A DNA stretch of 64,000 bases from an uncultured delta proteobacterium (GCA_963727625.1 CAVSHR010000008.1:1-64000), one strand, 5' to 3'; positions 1 through 9,505 are shown, counted from the first letter of the stretch. Numbers and translations: made by a program. Notes: generated from the sequence alone by a model not told the origin.

Positions 1-1521
1 CTTCTAAGTGGAGCGCAGCGACAAGCTCACTGGAGCCGGTGGCTGGCTACCGGCATGGTGTTGGGTCTCTTGGGACTGTCCCGCGAGAATGCCCTGGTGT
101 GGATTGTGGTTCTTGTCGGGTGGATCTGGCTCCGTTTCAGCGACTTTCGATTTCAGGCGCGTCTTCGATGGATTGCTATCCTTCTGACCGGCGTGATCGT
201 CGTTCTCTTGCCCGTGGCAACGCGCAATCTGAGCGTAGGCGGAGAATTTACGTTGACCACTTCGCAAATGGGGCCCAATTTTTTCATTGGCAACAATCCC
301 GTTGCCAGTGGAACTTACGCACCATTACGGCCGGGACATGGCGATCCTAAGTTTGAGCGACAGGACGCCACGGAGCTGGCCGAGCAGGCGCTCGACAGAA
401 GTCTCTCGCCGGGGGAAGTTTCTCGCTATTGGTTTGGACGTGCATGGGATTACATTAGCGCTCATCCCCTTCAATGGCTCAAGCTAATGGGCAAGAAATG
501 GCTGATGGTGTGGAATGTCCGCGAGCTTGAAGACGCAGACGATTTCTATTTGTATCAGCAAGGGTCTTCTTTGCTAAAGGAATTGGGAACCGCTGGTCAT
601 TTTGGCATTCTGGCCCCTCTGGCTGCCATGGGTTGTCTGCTGACCCTGCGAAAGTGGCGCCAGCTTTGGATACTTCACGGGCTTCTGCTGAGTATGGCAA
701 TCAGTGTGGCTTCTTTTTATGTTTTCGCGCGTTACCGCCTTCCTATGATTCCGCTCCTGACGCTTTTGGCGGGAGCGGGCATTATCGAGGGGATCAGGCT
801 GCGTCGAACGAGGTTCGTGGCGTGTAAAATCGGCGCTATAGCGGTGTTGGTATTGGCCGCCGTAATCGTCAATTGGCAGGTCATCGGTAAGCCAGGTCCT
901 TCAGCAGCAGGCTATAATAATCTGGGCAATGCGTTTACCAAGGAAGGCAAAATTAAGCAGGCCATGGACAGCTATTATCAGGCGTTGCGTCTGGAGCCCG
1001 ACTACGGGGTCGCCCATTACAACTTGGGCAACCTATTGGCTCAACAAGGCAGTTTTAAAGACGCAGAATTTCATCTAACAAAGGCGATTAAGATTAATTC
1101 ATCTCATGCGGAGGCCTACAACAGCCTAGGGAACATCCTCGCTCGCCAAGGACGCCTAGAAGGCGCCGTTCGACAGTATCGGACGGCATTAAAACTTGGT
1201 TTGTTGGGGGACGCGGATTTTTTCAATTTGGCGATCACGCTGACCAAGCTAGGCCGCCTTGACGAGGCCAGCGAAATCCTCAAGGAGAGCTTAAAAGTGA
1301 ATCCGGACTTTGCACCCGCCTATCACGCTCTCGGCAAAATTTTGGCTGGTCAGGGCAAAATGGATGAGGCGATTCAGTATTTCCGCCGCGCCGTACTTAT
1401 CCGGCCCGGGTTTGCAGACGCGCATGAGAGTCTAGGTCGCGCGCTTGCACAGCAGGGAAACAAGGATGAGGCAGCCAAGCACTATCAAGAGGCGTTGCGC
1501 ATTCTCAGATCGCAGCGTTAA
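1..1521 (+). CDS. Membrane glycosyltransferase (GT-C/PMT-like) with C-terminal TPR repeats, 5'-partial
   Basis: Frame is open from base 1. Multiple hydrophobic segments and a GPNFFIGNNP loop motif, followed by TPR repeats (YNNLGNA, HYNLGNLL, YNSLGNIL, YHALGKIL). Confidence 0.75.
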   Translation, partial: LLSGAQRQAHWSRWLATGMVLGLLGLSRENALVWIVVLVGWIWLRFSDFRFQARLRWIAILLTGVIVVLLPVATRNLSVGGEFTLTTSQMGPNFFIGNNPVASGTYAPLRPGHGDPKFERQDATELAEQALDRSLSPGEVSRYWFGRAWDYISAHPLQWLKLMGKKWLMVWNVRELEDADDFYLYQQGSSLLKELGTAGHFGILAPLAAMGCLLTLRKWRQLWILHGLLLSMAISVASFYVFARYRLPMIPLLTLLAGAGIIEGIRLRRTRFVACKIGAIAVLVLAAVIVNWQVIGKPGPSAAGYNNLGNAFTKEGKIKQAMDSYYQALRLEPDYGVAHYNLGNLLAQQGSFKDAEFHLTKAIKINSSHAEAYNSLGNILARQGRLEGAVRQYRTALKLGLLGDADFFNLAITLTKLGRLDEASEILKESLKVNPDFAPAYHALGKILAGQGKMDEAIQYFRRAVLIRPGFADAHESLGRALAQQGNKDEAAKHYQEALRILRSQR

Positions 1522-1668
1522 AGACGGGCTCCGAGCGAGGTGAGGCCTCGTTCTCAACTTAAGCGCTGACCCCCAGTTAGGCAAATGCGAATGGCGATTG
1601 GCAAGACCACGGTTGCGGCGGTTTGCGCTGATAAATCTGAACTGGATCTCTGGCGTTTGTAGTCCGGT

Positions 1669-2490
1669 TCAAACCAAGTGCGCGGCTACCGACACGGCCA
1701 TAGACAATCCGGCCGCGATCAAACCTAAACCGATATATTTGACTAGTTTCGTTTCCGAGACCACCCGTGCGCGGCGGTTGCCAAACAGTGCGCCCAACGT
1801 AAACGACCCTACCAGAACAAGACCGATACCCCACTGAATGTGTCCGAGCAGGTAATGCGAGATCGATCCCACTGCGCTGGTGATGACGATCATGAACAAA
1901 GCCGTCGGTGCGGCGATTCGCGCCGGAATGCCGAAGCCGAGGACCATCAAGGGGCCTTTAATAAACCCGCCGCCAATTCCAAACAAACCGGCGATCATTC
2001 CCGCGATGAGACCAAAAAGCGTTACGGTCAATCCGCTCATCCGGTAGGTCCCGGCTGCGGTCTCGCGCTTGAACCGCGGCGGCAGCTCGTTCAGCTTTTT
2101 AAAAAAACCGAGTTGGGAACTGCCGGCTTCGGGCCTTTTCCTTAGCATGGTTATGCCGACACTGATGATCATGACGCTGAAAAGTATTTCGAGCTGACTG
2201 GTTGGAAGCACGTTGGTGAGTTGGGCGCCGATTACGGTGCCAATTGCGGTCGGGATTTCTAACATAAGACCGACTACGAAATCGACCAAGCCAAGGCGCG
2301 CATTGTGGATCGTCGATATCAATGCGGAGGGAAACAGCGCGACGATGACGCAGCCGATGGCCAACTGAATGGGGATTTGAAAAACCAGCGTGAGAATCGG
2401 CACCATGAAAACGCCGCCGCCGAATCCCACGACCGTGCCGAAGGCGCTGATGGCAAAGCCGATTGCAAATATGCCGATATATTCCATCAT
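1669..2490 (-). CDS. Sulfite exporter TauE/SafE family membrane protein
   Basis: Duplicated Gly-rich motifs GTVVGFGGGVFMVP and AGLFGIGGGFIKGP, and about 8 TM segments. Confidence 0.88.
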   Translation of the reverse strand: MMEYIGIFAIGFAISAFGTVVGFGGGVFMVPILTLVFQIPIQLAIGCVIVALFPSALISTIHNARLGLVDFVVGLMLEIPTAIGTVIGAQLTNVLPTSQLEILFSVMIISVGITMLRKRPEAGSSQLGFFKKLNELPPRFKRETAAGTYRMSGLTVTLFGLIAGMIAGLFGIGGGFIKGPLMVLGFGIPARIAAPTALFMIVITSAVGSISHYLLGHIQWGIGLVLVGSFTLGALFGNRRARVVSETKLVKYIGLGLIAAGLSMAVSVAAHLV

Positions 2491-2563
2491 AAAAAGTTGT
2501 TTCGACGGTAGCTGTGTAACCGAGAGCCAGACTGAGCGGCTGGTTTGTGTGCCGAGAGTTTCC

Positions 2564-3478
2564 TTATCGATGCAAGCTGAGGTCGCCGATGATCGTGATG
2601 AAGTAACCGATGCTCACATAGGCGTTGAAATCAAAGAAAGCACGGTTGATTCTGGACAGGTCGTCCGGGCGCACGATGTGGTGTTCCCAGAACAAAATGA
2701 ACGCCACGGCAGCGAATCCAAACCAATAGATGAGACCTGACTCGGAGGTTAGACCAACCAATCCGAGAAACAAAACGGTGCAAAAATGAAAAGCGCTCGA
2801 CAAGCGCAGAGCGCCGGCGACGCCGAATCGTACGGGAATCGAATGGAGTCCGTGCGAATAATCAAATTCACGGTCCTGAAGGGAGTAAATGACGTCGAAC
2901 CCGGCGAGCCAAAAGACCACGGCTAAGCCGAGGTAAACCGGCACCAAAAATTCGCTGAGCTCAAAGGGCGGCTGAGCGACTGCCAACCAGGCGCCGATGG
3001 GCGCGATGGCGAGTGCCAGGCCCAAAAATAGATGCGAAGTCCAGGTGAAGCGCTTGGTGAGCGAGTAAAAAAATACGATGCCCAGGGCGACCGGAGACAG
3101 TAAAAAGCAAATCCAGTTGAGCTGATAGGAAGCGACAACAAAAATTAAAGTCGCGAGGGCCGTGAGGAGCGCAGCTTCCCATACTTTCACAGCGCCGCGG
3201 GCCAACTCCCATCCTCGGGTGCGCGGGTTGAGCGCGTCGAATTTTCTGTCCGCCAGGCGATTGAAGCTCATCGCGGCCGTCCGAGCGCTAACCATGGCAA
3301 CCAGGATCCAGAGCAACATCCGCAGCGTAACAGGATGTCGCGGCCAAGCCAGCGCCACTGAGGACAGCGCGAAGGGAAGAGCGAAAACGGTATGGGAGAA
3401 TCGGACCAGACTGCCATAGTCGGCGATTTTCGATTTGAGCGTGGGGCTTTTCGATTGCGACGCTGTTTGACTGTTCAT
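2564..3478 (-). CDS. UbiA-family polyprenyltransferase (MqnP-like)
   Basis: RFSHTVFALPFA, NRLADRKFDALNPRT and FDVIYSLQDREFD motifs. Overlaps the stop of the UbiD gene. Confidence 0.92.
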   Translation of the reverse strand: MNSQTASQSKSPTLKSKIADYGSLVRFSHTVFALPFALSSVALAWPRHPVTLRMLLWILVAMVSARTAAMSFNRLADRKFDALNPRTRGWELARGAVKVWEAALLTALATLIFVVASYQLNWICFLLSPVALGIVFFYSLTKRFTWTSHLFLGLALAIAPIGAWLAVAQPPFELSEFLVPVYLGLAVVFWLAGFDVIYSLQDREFDYSHGLHSIPVRFGVAGALRLSSAFHFCTVLFLGLVGLTSESGLIYWFGFAAVAFILFWEHHIVRPDDLSRINRAFFDFNAYVSIGYFITIIGDLSLHR

Positions 3479-4917
3479 ATCCCAAGTTTATCCCAAATGG
3501 TGTCGATATGTTTTTTGGTTTCGTCGTCCATGACGATGGCGCCAGGCCACTCGCGCTCAAACCCTTCGCTGCTCCATTTGCGGGTGGCGTCGATGCCGAA
3601 CTTGGAGCCGAAGCCCAAGGTCGGCGCGGCGTGGTCGAGCACGTCGACCGGTCCTTCGACGAACACCGTGTCGCGCTTCGGATCGATATGGTTGCCGACG
3701 ACCCAGGTAACCTCGGATAAGTCGTGGACGTTCACGTCATGATCGACGATGAGCAAGGTCTTGGTAAACATCATTTGTCCCAAGCCCCAGAGCGCGTGCA
3801 TCACTTTGCGCGCGTGCGCGGGGTATTCCTTCTTGATCGCAATAATCGCGAGGTTATGGAAGACCCCATGCACCGGCAGATTCATATCGATGATTTCAGG
3901 CAGGGTTACGCGCAGCAACGGCAGGAACAGTCGCTCGGTCGCTTTACCAAGATAGGCGTCTTCCATCGGCGGCCGGCCTACGATGGTGGTCGGATAGATC
4001 GGGTTTTTTCGATGGGTGATGCAGGTGACGTGAAACGCCGGGTAGTCGTCGGCCAAAGAGTAAAATCCGGTGTGATCGCCGAACGGTCCCTCGCGGCGAA
4101 GCGGCTCGGCCGGATCGACGTATCCTTCGATGACGATGTCGGCATCGGCCGGCACTTCGATGTCGACGGTTATGCCTTTGACCAACGAGACGGCTTTTTT
4201 GCGCAGAAAACCGGTGAAAAGAATCTCATCGATCTGGTCTGGCAACGGCGCGGTAGCAGCGTAGATCAGCGCCGGATCGCCGCCCAGGCAAACCGCCAGT
4301 TCGAGCCTGCCGGTTTTTTCCTTTTGCTGCTGATAATGGCGCGCGCCCACTTTCTGCGGGTGCCAATGCATCCCGGTGGTTTGCCGATCGAATATCTGCA
4401 TTCGATAGAGGCCGACGTTTCTCGTGCCCTTTGCCGGGTCTTTGGAGAACACCATAGGGAGGGTAAGGAACGGGCCGGCGTCGCCCGGCCAGCAGGTCAA
4501 TACCGGCAGCATGTTTAGGTCCGGCTCCCGGTTGACGACTTCCTGGCAAGGGCCGTCTTTTTCGCTCTTCGGCGGAATGCCCGCCAGCTTAATGAGATCG
4601 CCGAGTAGATGAAGCTTGTCTTTAAAGGACTTCGGCGGCTTGGTCTGAATTAGTTTTGCAATTTCGCGGGCAATCTCTTCGATGTCATTCACGCCGAGGG
4701 CCAGCGCCATACGCTTGGTCGAACCAAACGCATTGATCAGCACCGGCATTTGCTTGCCGATGACATTTTCGAAGAGCAGCGCCGGGCCGCCGCGTTTCAT
4801 CACCCGATCGGCGATCTCGGTGATTTGCAACTCTGCTCTAACCGGGTATGAAATGCGCTTGAGCTCGCCTTCTTGCGCTAAAACTTGAACGAACTGTTGC
4901 AGGCTGTGATATGCCAT
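3475..4917 (-). CDS. UbiD-family decarboxylase (menaquinone biosynthesis, MqnL-like)
   Basis: EGPFGDHTGFY, NVGLYRMQ, MHWH and GSKFGIDAT motifs. Paired with a UbiA gene. Confidence 0.93.
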   Translation of the reverse strand: MAYHSLQQFVQVLAQEGELKRISYPVRAELQITEIADRVMKRGGPALLFENVIGKQMPVLINAFGSTKRMALALGVNDIEEIAREIAKLIQTKPPKSFKDKLHLLGDLIKLAGIPPKSEKDGPCQEVVNREPDLNMLPVLTCWPGDAGPFLTLPMVFSKDPAKGTRNVGLYRMQIFDRQTTGMHWHPQKVGARHYQQQKEKTGRLELAVCLGGDPALIYAATAPLPDQIDEILFTGFLRKKAVSLVKGITVDIEVPADADIVIEGYVDPAEPLRREGPFGDHTGFYSLADDYPAFHVTCITHRKNPIYPTTIVGRPPMEDAYLGKATERLFLPLLRVTLPEIIDMNLPVHGVFHNLAIIAIKKEYPAHARKVMHALWGLGQMMFTKTLLIVDHDVNVHDLSEVTWVVGNHIDPKRDTVFVEGPVDVLDHAAPTLGFGSKFGIDATRKWSSEGFEREWPGAIVMDDETKKHIDTIWDKLGI

Positions 4918-4938
4918 CTGCCTCCTGACAGAACCTGA

Positions 4939-5220
4939 ATGAACAGCAATATCCTTAGAAAAATCCAGAAGTCAAGCAACCCTTCCGCGAGGGCGATCAG
5001 CAACGTTCTAATTTTTTGGCTGGTTCCCCTGGCGATGATCTTATCGACTTGGACGGCCTTTCTGCCGATATTGTCGAATGATTTCGTCGAGTGGGACGAT
5101 TACGAGTATTTACTCAGTAATCCCAATTTTCGCGGCTTGGGCTGGAATCATCTTGGATGGATGTTTACGACGATTCGCATGGGATCGTACCAACCGCTCA
5201 GTTGGTTGACCTTCGGCTCG
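4939..5220 (+). pseudogene. Truncated N-terminal fragment of a TMTC-like/GT-C membrane glycosyltransferase
   Basis: A TM segment followed by NDFVEWDDYEYLLSNP...YQPLSWLTFG, typical of the first loop of these proteins. The frame then runs antisense into the DUF362 gene. Confidence 0.6.
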
Positions 5221-5250
5221 GACAGGCGGCGAGTTCACTTCAGCGCTGGG

Positions 5251-6246
5251 TCAAATTTTCAAGTCTTTAAAATCTTCGATGACCTGAAAATCTTGCTGGA
5301 CGGTGTCGAGACGTTCGCCGATTTGTTCAATCCGCTCGGCGGCAAGATTGCCCATGAACTCGCCGGCTTTGGCGAGGTACTTGATCTTTTCCGGGTCGAT
5401 TCTCATCACTCGCGCCGCACTGGCGTCAACGGCGACCAGATCATCACCGAAAATCAACACGCCACTCTGTTTGGATTTGCCCTGCAGCGGTCCGTTGCCT
5501 TCCATACCGACGATACCGTCGACAATGGCGAACTGCGGCAGCGGCAGCGAGCTGTTGATGTCCAAAATGCTCTCGTTGATCCCCTTCCAGTGAAGTATAT
5601 TTTTCGGCCAGCCGTAGACGGTCCCTGGGATCACGCCGAACATGTTTTTCAAAGACAGGGTGACGCCGACCCAATGGTGGGTCTTCAGTTTTGGCATGGA
5701 GACGAGCAGGTCGGCGTTGTACAGAGTTTGTGGCAAATACAATTTGCCAAAGCTGGTAAAGTTGCTGCGCAACGGCGTGGCTCGGACGTCGTCGGAGTTT
5801 AGATCGATGTAGCGAATCCTATGGTCTTTGACGACTTGATATAAGCCCGATGCCGATAAGAGATACTCGTTGTCGCGGCGATGCCCCGGGCCTTCGGCGA
5901 CAATGACTTCAGCGGCCCCCAGGGTGCGGAATGAATCGATGGCCGCCTCGACGACGGCAGGGTTGGTATTGATCACGCCGTTGGGATCGAATTCCACCAG
6001 GTTAGGCTTTAAGACGATTCTCTTGCCCTTAACCTCCAGGCCGACCATGTGAATGCCCCTTACGATGATATCTCGGAGAGGCTGATCATAGCTTTTCGCG
6101 GCCAAAACCGCGACGCGAGAGCGGTTCTTTTTGCGAAAAGCCTGGGGCTGCCAGCGCACCGACTGTTCGCAACCCGCAACAACCGGGCTAAGCGAACCGA
6201 GCGCGGCACATTTTAGAAAATCCCGGCGATAAAGCATGCTCGTCAA
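5251..6246 (-). CDS. DUF362 domain protein with Tat-like (RRDFLK) lipoprotein signal
   Basis: IVLKPNLV, MPKLKTHHWVGVTLSLKNMFG and DGIVGMEGNGP motifs. N-terminus reads RRDFLK...VAGC. Confidence 0.88.
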   Translation of the reverse strand: MTSMLYRRDFLKCAALGSLSPVVAGCEQSVRWQPQAFRKKNRSRVAVLAAKSYDQPLRDIIVRGIHMVGLEVKGKRIVLKPNLVEFDPNGVINTNPAVVEAAIDSFRTLGAAEVIVAEGPGHRRDNEYLLSASGLYQVVKDHRIRYIDLNSDDVRATPLRSNFTSFGKLYLPQTLYNADLLVSMPKLKTHHWVGVTLSLKNMFGVIPGTVYGWPKNILHWKGINESILDINSSLPLPQFAIVDGIVGMEGNGPLQGKSKQSGVLIFGDDLVAVDASAARVMRIDPEKIKYLAKAGEFMGNLAAERIEQIGERLDTVQQDFQVIEDFKDLKI

Positions 6247-7142
6247 ATCCGCAATGGCGCGGCGTTGCCGCTTAGCGCCAATAGCGCCAGCGCCAAAGTT
6301 TTGGTTTCGCCCAAAAAACCGTTTTTGGAAAAACGCTTTTCAATAAGCGGTTTCCAGTCGGTGCTTTCCTGGCCGTAGAGATTAAGACAGATCGTGCCCC
6401 AGCAGAGAGCCAAGCCCGAATTCACTTCCTTGGCCATTTGGCGTAAGCGCTGCAAACTTTGTTGATTCGCCGGCTCCGCAGCGCGATCTTGCAAAGCGAT
6501 CAGCGCCACGGCGGTGATGTCAGGGTAAGGCCAGATCGCATAGTCCATTACTTTGGAATTGCCGTAATTCCAGCCACCTCCCATGCACATGCGATCGTAG
6601 ATCATCTCTTCGCCCTGATGGATTCGCTCCTTTACATTCGTCTCGTCGAGCCCGGCCCCGACCTTTTTGAGCGCGATGAGCGCATAGCTGGTCGGTTCGA
6701 CCCAACTAAACGAGTCAGGCACCCAGGACCAGCCGATGAGGTCTCTGTTTAGATTGCCGTTGGATTTTCCGGTCACCCACAGAATAAGTTCCGCCAAAAT
6801 TCCGGGTTTGCTGCCTTCCTGTCGCAACAGCCAGCGGGCGGCGCGGAGCGCGGCTGAGCGATGCTGCGAAAATTCGCCGAGCGCTAATATCGCCAAGGCA
6901 GTGGACCAGGAGCCCTCTTTGGTGACGTCATTTAGCGGCCAACTACCGTCCTGATTTTGATGCTCGGTGAGCCAACCGGCACCGCGCATAGCGCTTTGGT
7001 TCGCCGCGGGGTCGTCAACCGAGTTGAGCCCGGCAATAGCCAAGGAAGTCGCTTCGGTATTGCTGTGTCTGTCATGGGTTGCGCCCCAGCCGCCGTCGGG
7101 ATTCTGAAGCTTTGTGAGATTTTTTAAGACTTGCTCTATCAT
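6243..7142 (-). CDS. Prenyltransferase/squalene oxidase repeat (alpha-alpha barrel) protein
   Basis: QNPDGGWG, QNQDGSWP and GGGWNYGN repeats. Overlaps the DUF362 start. Confidence 0.8.
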   Translation of the reverse strand: MIEQVLKNLTKLQNPDGGWGATHDRHSNTEATSLAIAGLNSVDDPAANQSAMRGAGWLTEHQNQDGSWPLNDVTKEGSWSTALAILALGEFSQHRSAALRAARWLLRQEGSKPGILAELILWVTGKSNGNLNRDLIGWSWVPDSFSWVEPTSYALIALKKVGAGLDETNVKERIHQGEEMIYDRMCMGGGWNYGNSKVMDYAIWPYPDITAVALIALQDRAAEPANQQSLQRLRQMAKEVNSGLALCWGTICLNLYGQESTDWKPLIEKRFSKNGFLGETKTLALALLALSGNAAPLRI

Positions 7143-7343
7143 GCCGCGCTAACTATCGCTTGTATAATAGTGACAGGAAGCAAATCCCTAGCCAACCGGG
7201 GCCTGCGCAAAAACAGCGTCGGCGCAGGGAAAATTTTTGGGAATTCTGACATTGGTATGGAACTATTATGAACAGCGTAGGACCAAAGTGGACAATATCT
7301 TCCCATTCTCGAGCGGTTAACAAAAATTCTTGCCGCTGCGGAA

Positions 7344-8090
7344 TTATAAATAATGCAGCCGCACCCGGCCGCTGCGCAATTTAAGTTCGGCCTCCCTGAT
7401 CCGTTCCGCAGTGCCGAGATCCTGCCAAAAACCGTCGAAGCAAAAGCCAAAAAGAGCTTCGCCATTGATCAACATCCGCGGGTAAGTGTGTTTCGTCGTA
7501 CTGAATTTTTCCTTCGCGCCTATGCAGTCCATGTATTCGAAAATTTTTGGCTCGAGAATCTGCACTCCGGTAAACATCAACTTGCGCGTCGCGCCGGCCG
7601 GCTCAACGGGCGCCCTGCTGTCGAGAAAGCGGTAGAGCCGGCCGCGCCCGTCGATGTCCATGGAGCCATAGTCGTCGGCGCGCGCGTCGGGGCGTAAAAC
7701 CAGCGTCGCTGCAGCACTCGATTTGCAGTGGAAGTCGATAAGCTCGGCCAGGTTCAAGTCGATGAGGGCATCGGTATTGATGACGACGAACGTGCCGTCT
7801 TGCAAAAATGATTTGGCTTTGAGCAGACCGCCGCCGGTATCCAGCAGTTGGGGCTCCCGGGAATAGGTGATCTTAAGGCCGAAGGTCTCGCCGTCGCCCA
7901 AGCGTTTTTCGATCTGCGCGCCAAAGTGATGTAGGTTGATCATAATTTCGCCGATACCGTAATGGCGCAGCAGCAAAAGCGCGTACTCGATCATCGGTCG
8001 CCCGGCAACCGGCACCAGGGCCTTGGGGATGCTTTCGGTTGTCGGCCGCAGGCGCGTACCCTGGCCCGCGGCGAACACCATGGCTTTCAT
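7344..8090 (-). CDS. murU: Nucleotidyltransferase, MurU-like (MurNAc-1-P uridylyltransferase)
   Basis: KAMVFAAGQGTRLRPTT..PKALVPVAG, LLDTGGGL and FWQDLGT motifs. Coupled to an amgK-like gene. Confidence 0.75.
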   Translation of the reverse strand: MKAMVFAAGQGTRLRPTTESIPKALVPVAGRPMIEYALLLLRHYGIGEIMINLHHFGAQIEKRLGDGETFGLKITYSREPQLLDTGGGLLKAKSFLQDGTFVVINTDALIDLNLAELIDFHCKSSAAATLVLRPDARADDYGSMDIDGRGRLYRFLDSRAPVEPAGATRKLMFTGVQILEPKIFEYMDCIGAKEKFSTTKHTYPRMLINGEALFGFCFDGFWQDLGTAERIREAELKLRSGRVRLHYL

Positions 8091-9163
8091 CGCATCGCCT
8101 CGAAATGCTCGAGCAGCGGCGGCAGAATCGCTTTGGTTTGCGGCAGTTTTGCGAGATTACGTTCGAGGCGTCGTACTGTCGGTGGGACAAATTGCATATA
8201 ACCTGGTCGATTTTTGACCCGATTGAGATAATAAAAGCGGCCGACGACTTTGAAATCCCGCTGAATCGCCGATAGGCGATAGATCTCGAAAAATTTCTCC
8301 TCAGCGATCGCTTGCCCGGTCATCGCGCGTCGCTGGTTCATATAATACCCAACAAGCTCTTCTTCGATCTCCGACCGGATCACGCTATCGGTGATGCGGT
8401 CATTGAGCAGCGAAGCCAAGTCGTATTGCAGCGGCGCCAGCAACGCGTCTTGGAAATCGATGACGCGCACCGCTTCGTTGTGGATCATCAAATTCCAGCT
8501 ATGGTAATCGCGATGACTCAAACAGGAGGTCTGGCGATCCAAAATCGCCGCGATCGCGCCGAAGGTTTCTCTTAAGGTATCGAGAAGCGGCGCGGCGACC
8601 TTAGCGCCCGGGCGCTTTTCCAATCCCCACTCGATAAAATGTTCAAACTCCCAAAGATAAAGCTTTAGATCGAAACGTTGCTGGAAAGCGATGCAGGATG
8701 GGTCGCGCTTCGCCGTGCCGCGGATTTGAAGGTTCAATAGCTCATCGATGGCTTTCTTGTACCAGACGAGGACCTGGTCGTCTGATAATCCCTGGACTTG
8801 GTCCCAAAGCACGGTATCACCGAGATCTTCGAGCAAGAGGAGGCCTTCGCTCTCCCATTGGCCATAGATTTTCGGGACATTGACGCCGACGCCGCTGAGA
8901 AAGCGATGTATGTTCAAAAACGGCAGTTCTTTCGGCGCTCGTTTGAAGATCGCCAGCTCTTCGCTGGAAAGCGACAGGGAGCTGCTGCCTGCGGGCAGCT
9001 CCATGACGATCAAGGACGCTGGAATCCCGCCGCTCAACTGGGCGCGGTAATAACGGCGGCTCGAAGCATCGCCAGCCAGTGCGGTGAGGGTTATCAGTTT
9101 CTGATCAGCGCCGAAAACCAGCCGTATCTTTTCAGCAATTCGCGGTTCTATCGAAAAGGTCAC
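8087..9163 (-). CDS. amgK: APH-family sugar kinase, AmgK-like anomeric MurNAc/GlcNAc kinase
   Basis: LAGDASSRRYYR, LLLEDLGD, HRDYHSWNLM and IDFQDA motifs. Confidence 0.8.
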   Translation of the reverse strand: MTFSIEPRIAEKIRLVFGADQKLITLTALAGDASSRRYYRAQLSGGIPASLIVMELPAGSSSLSLSSEELAIFKRAPKELPFLNIHRFLSGVGVNVPKIYGQWESEGLLLLEDLGDTVLWDQVQGLSDDQVLVWYKKAIDELLNLQIRGTAKRDPSCIAFQQRFDLKLYLWEFEHFIEWGLEKRPGAKVAAPLLDTLRETFGAIAAILDRQTSCLSHRDYHSWNLMIHNEAVRVIDFQDALLAPLQYDLASLLNDRITDSVIRSEIEEELVGYYMNQRRAMTGQAIAEEKFFEIYRLSAIQRDFKVVGRFYYLNRVKNRPGYMQFVPPTVRRLERNLAKLPQTKAILPPLLEHFEAMR

Positions 9164-9211
9164 GGAACAGCCTGAATCTTCGTGTTGGCGGGCATGAATC
9201 GAAATCGGGAG

Positions 9212-9226
9212 GCCGACACCGCCGGC
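9212..9226 (-). promoter_or_regulatory. Candidate SECIS hairpin for second UGA (lies past the stop codon)
   Basis: GCCGGC-GGT-GTCGGC hairpin. The loop begins with G, 18 nt after the UGA. Confidence 0.55.
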
Positions 9227-9229
9227 GCG

Positions 9230-9454
9230 CTACACTTCTCACGAGCCGCCGAAGCCGATGGTGACTTTGCCGGCTTCAACGATGACCGGGACTTGATGGC
9301 GGCCGTTCGAAAACCTGAGCATGCGCGCGAGGCCTTGCTCATCCTCAAGGACATTGATGTACTCATAAGGGATCTTACGGCGAGCGAAAGCCTCACGGGC
9401 GCTCGCGGTGTAGGGTCAGAGGTCTTTGCCAAATATGATAACTTGGTCATCCAT
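9230..9454 (-). CDS. Glutaredoxin-like selenoprotein with two Sec (UXX-star type), 74 aa
   Basis: Hand translation with UGA=Sec: MDDQVIIFGKDLUPYTASAREAFARRKIPYEYINVLEDEQGLARMLRFSNGRHQVPVIVEAGKVTIGFGGSUEV*. TGA at 9418-9416 occupies the Grx CPY position and TGA at 9241-9239 is third from the end. cis-Pro motif VP and a C-terminal GG are present. Confidence 0.85.
9380..9406 (-). promoter_or_regulatory. Candidate SECIS hairpin for first UGA
   Basis: GCGAGCG (9406-9400) pairs perfectly with CGCTCGC (9386-9380), starting 9 nt after the UGA. Confidence 0.5.
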
Positions 9455-9505
9455 GATCGTTTAGCTGCAGCCGAATCTAGCGCTCGTAACATGAGCTAGT
9501 TAGCA

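Noticed and set aside
4939-5802. 287-aa ORF as an intact gene
   Set aside because: After about codon 94 it is antisense to the DUF362 gene.
9160-9499. Track ORFs 9182-9499 (+) and 9160-9492 (-)
   Set aside because: They are antisense and off-frame shadows of the selenoprotein frame, with no recognisable motifs.
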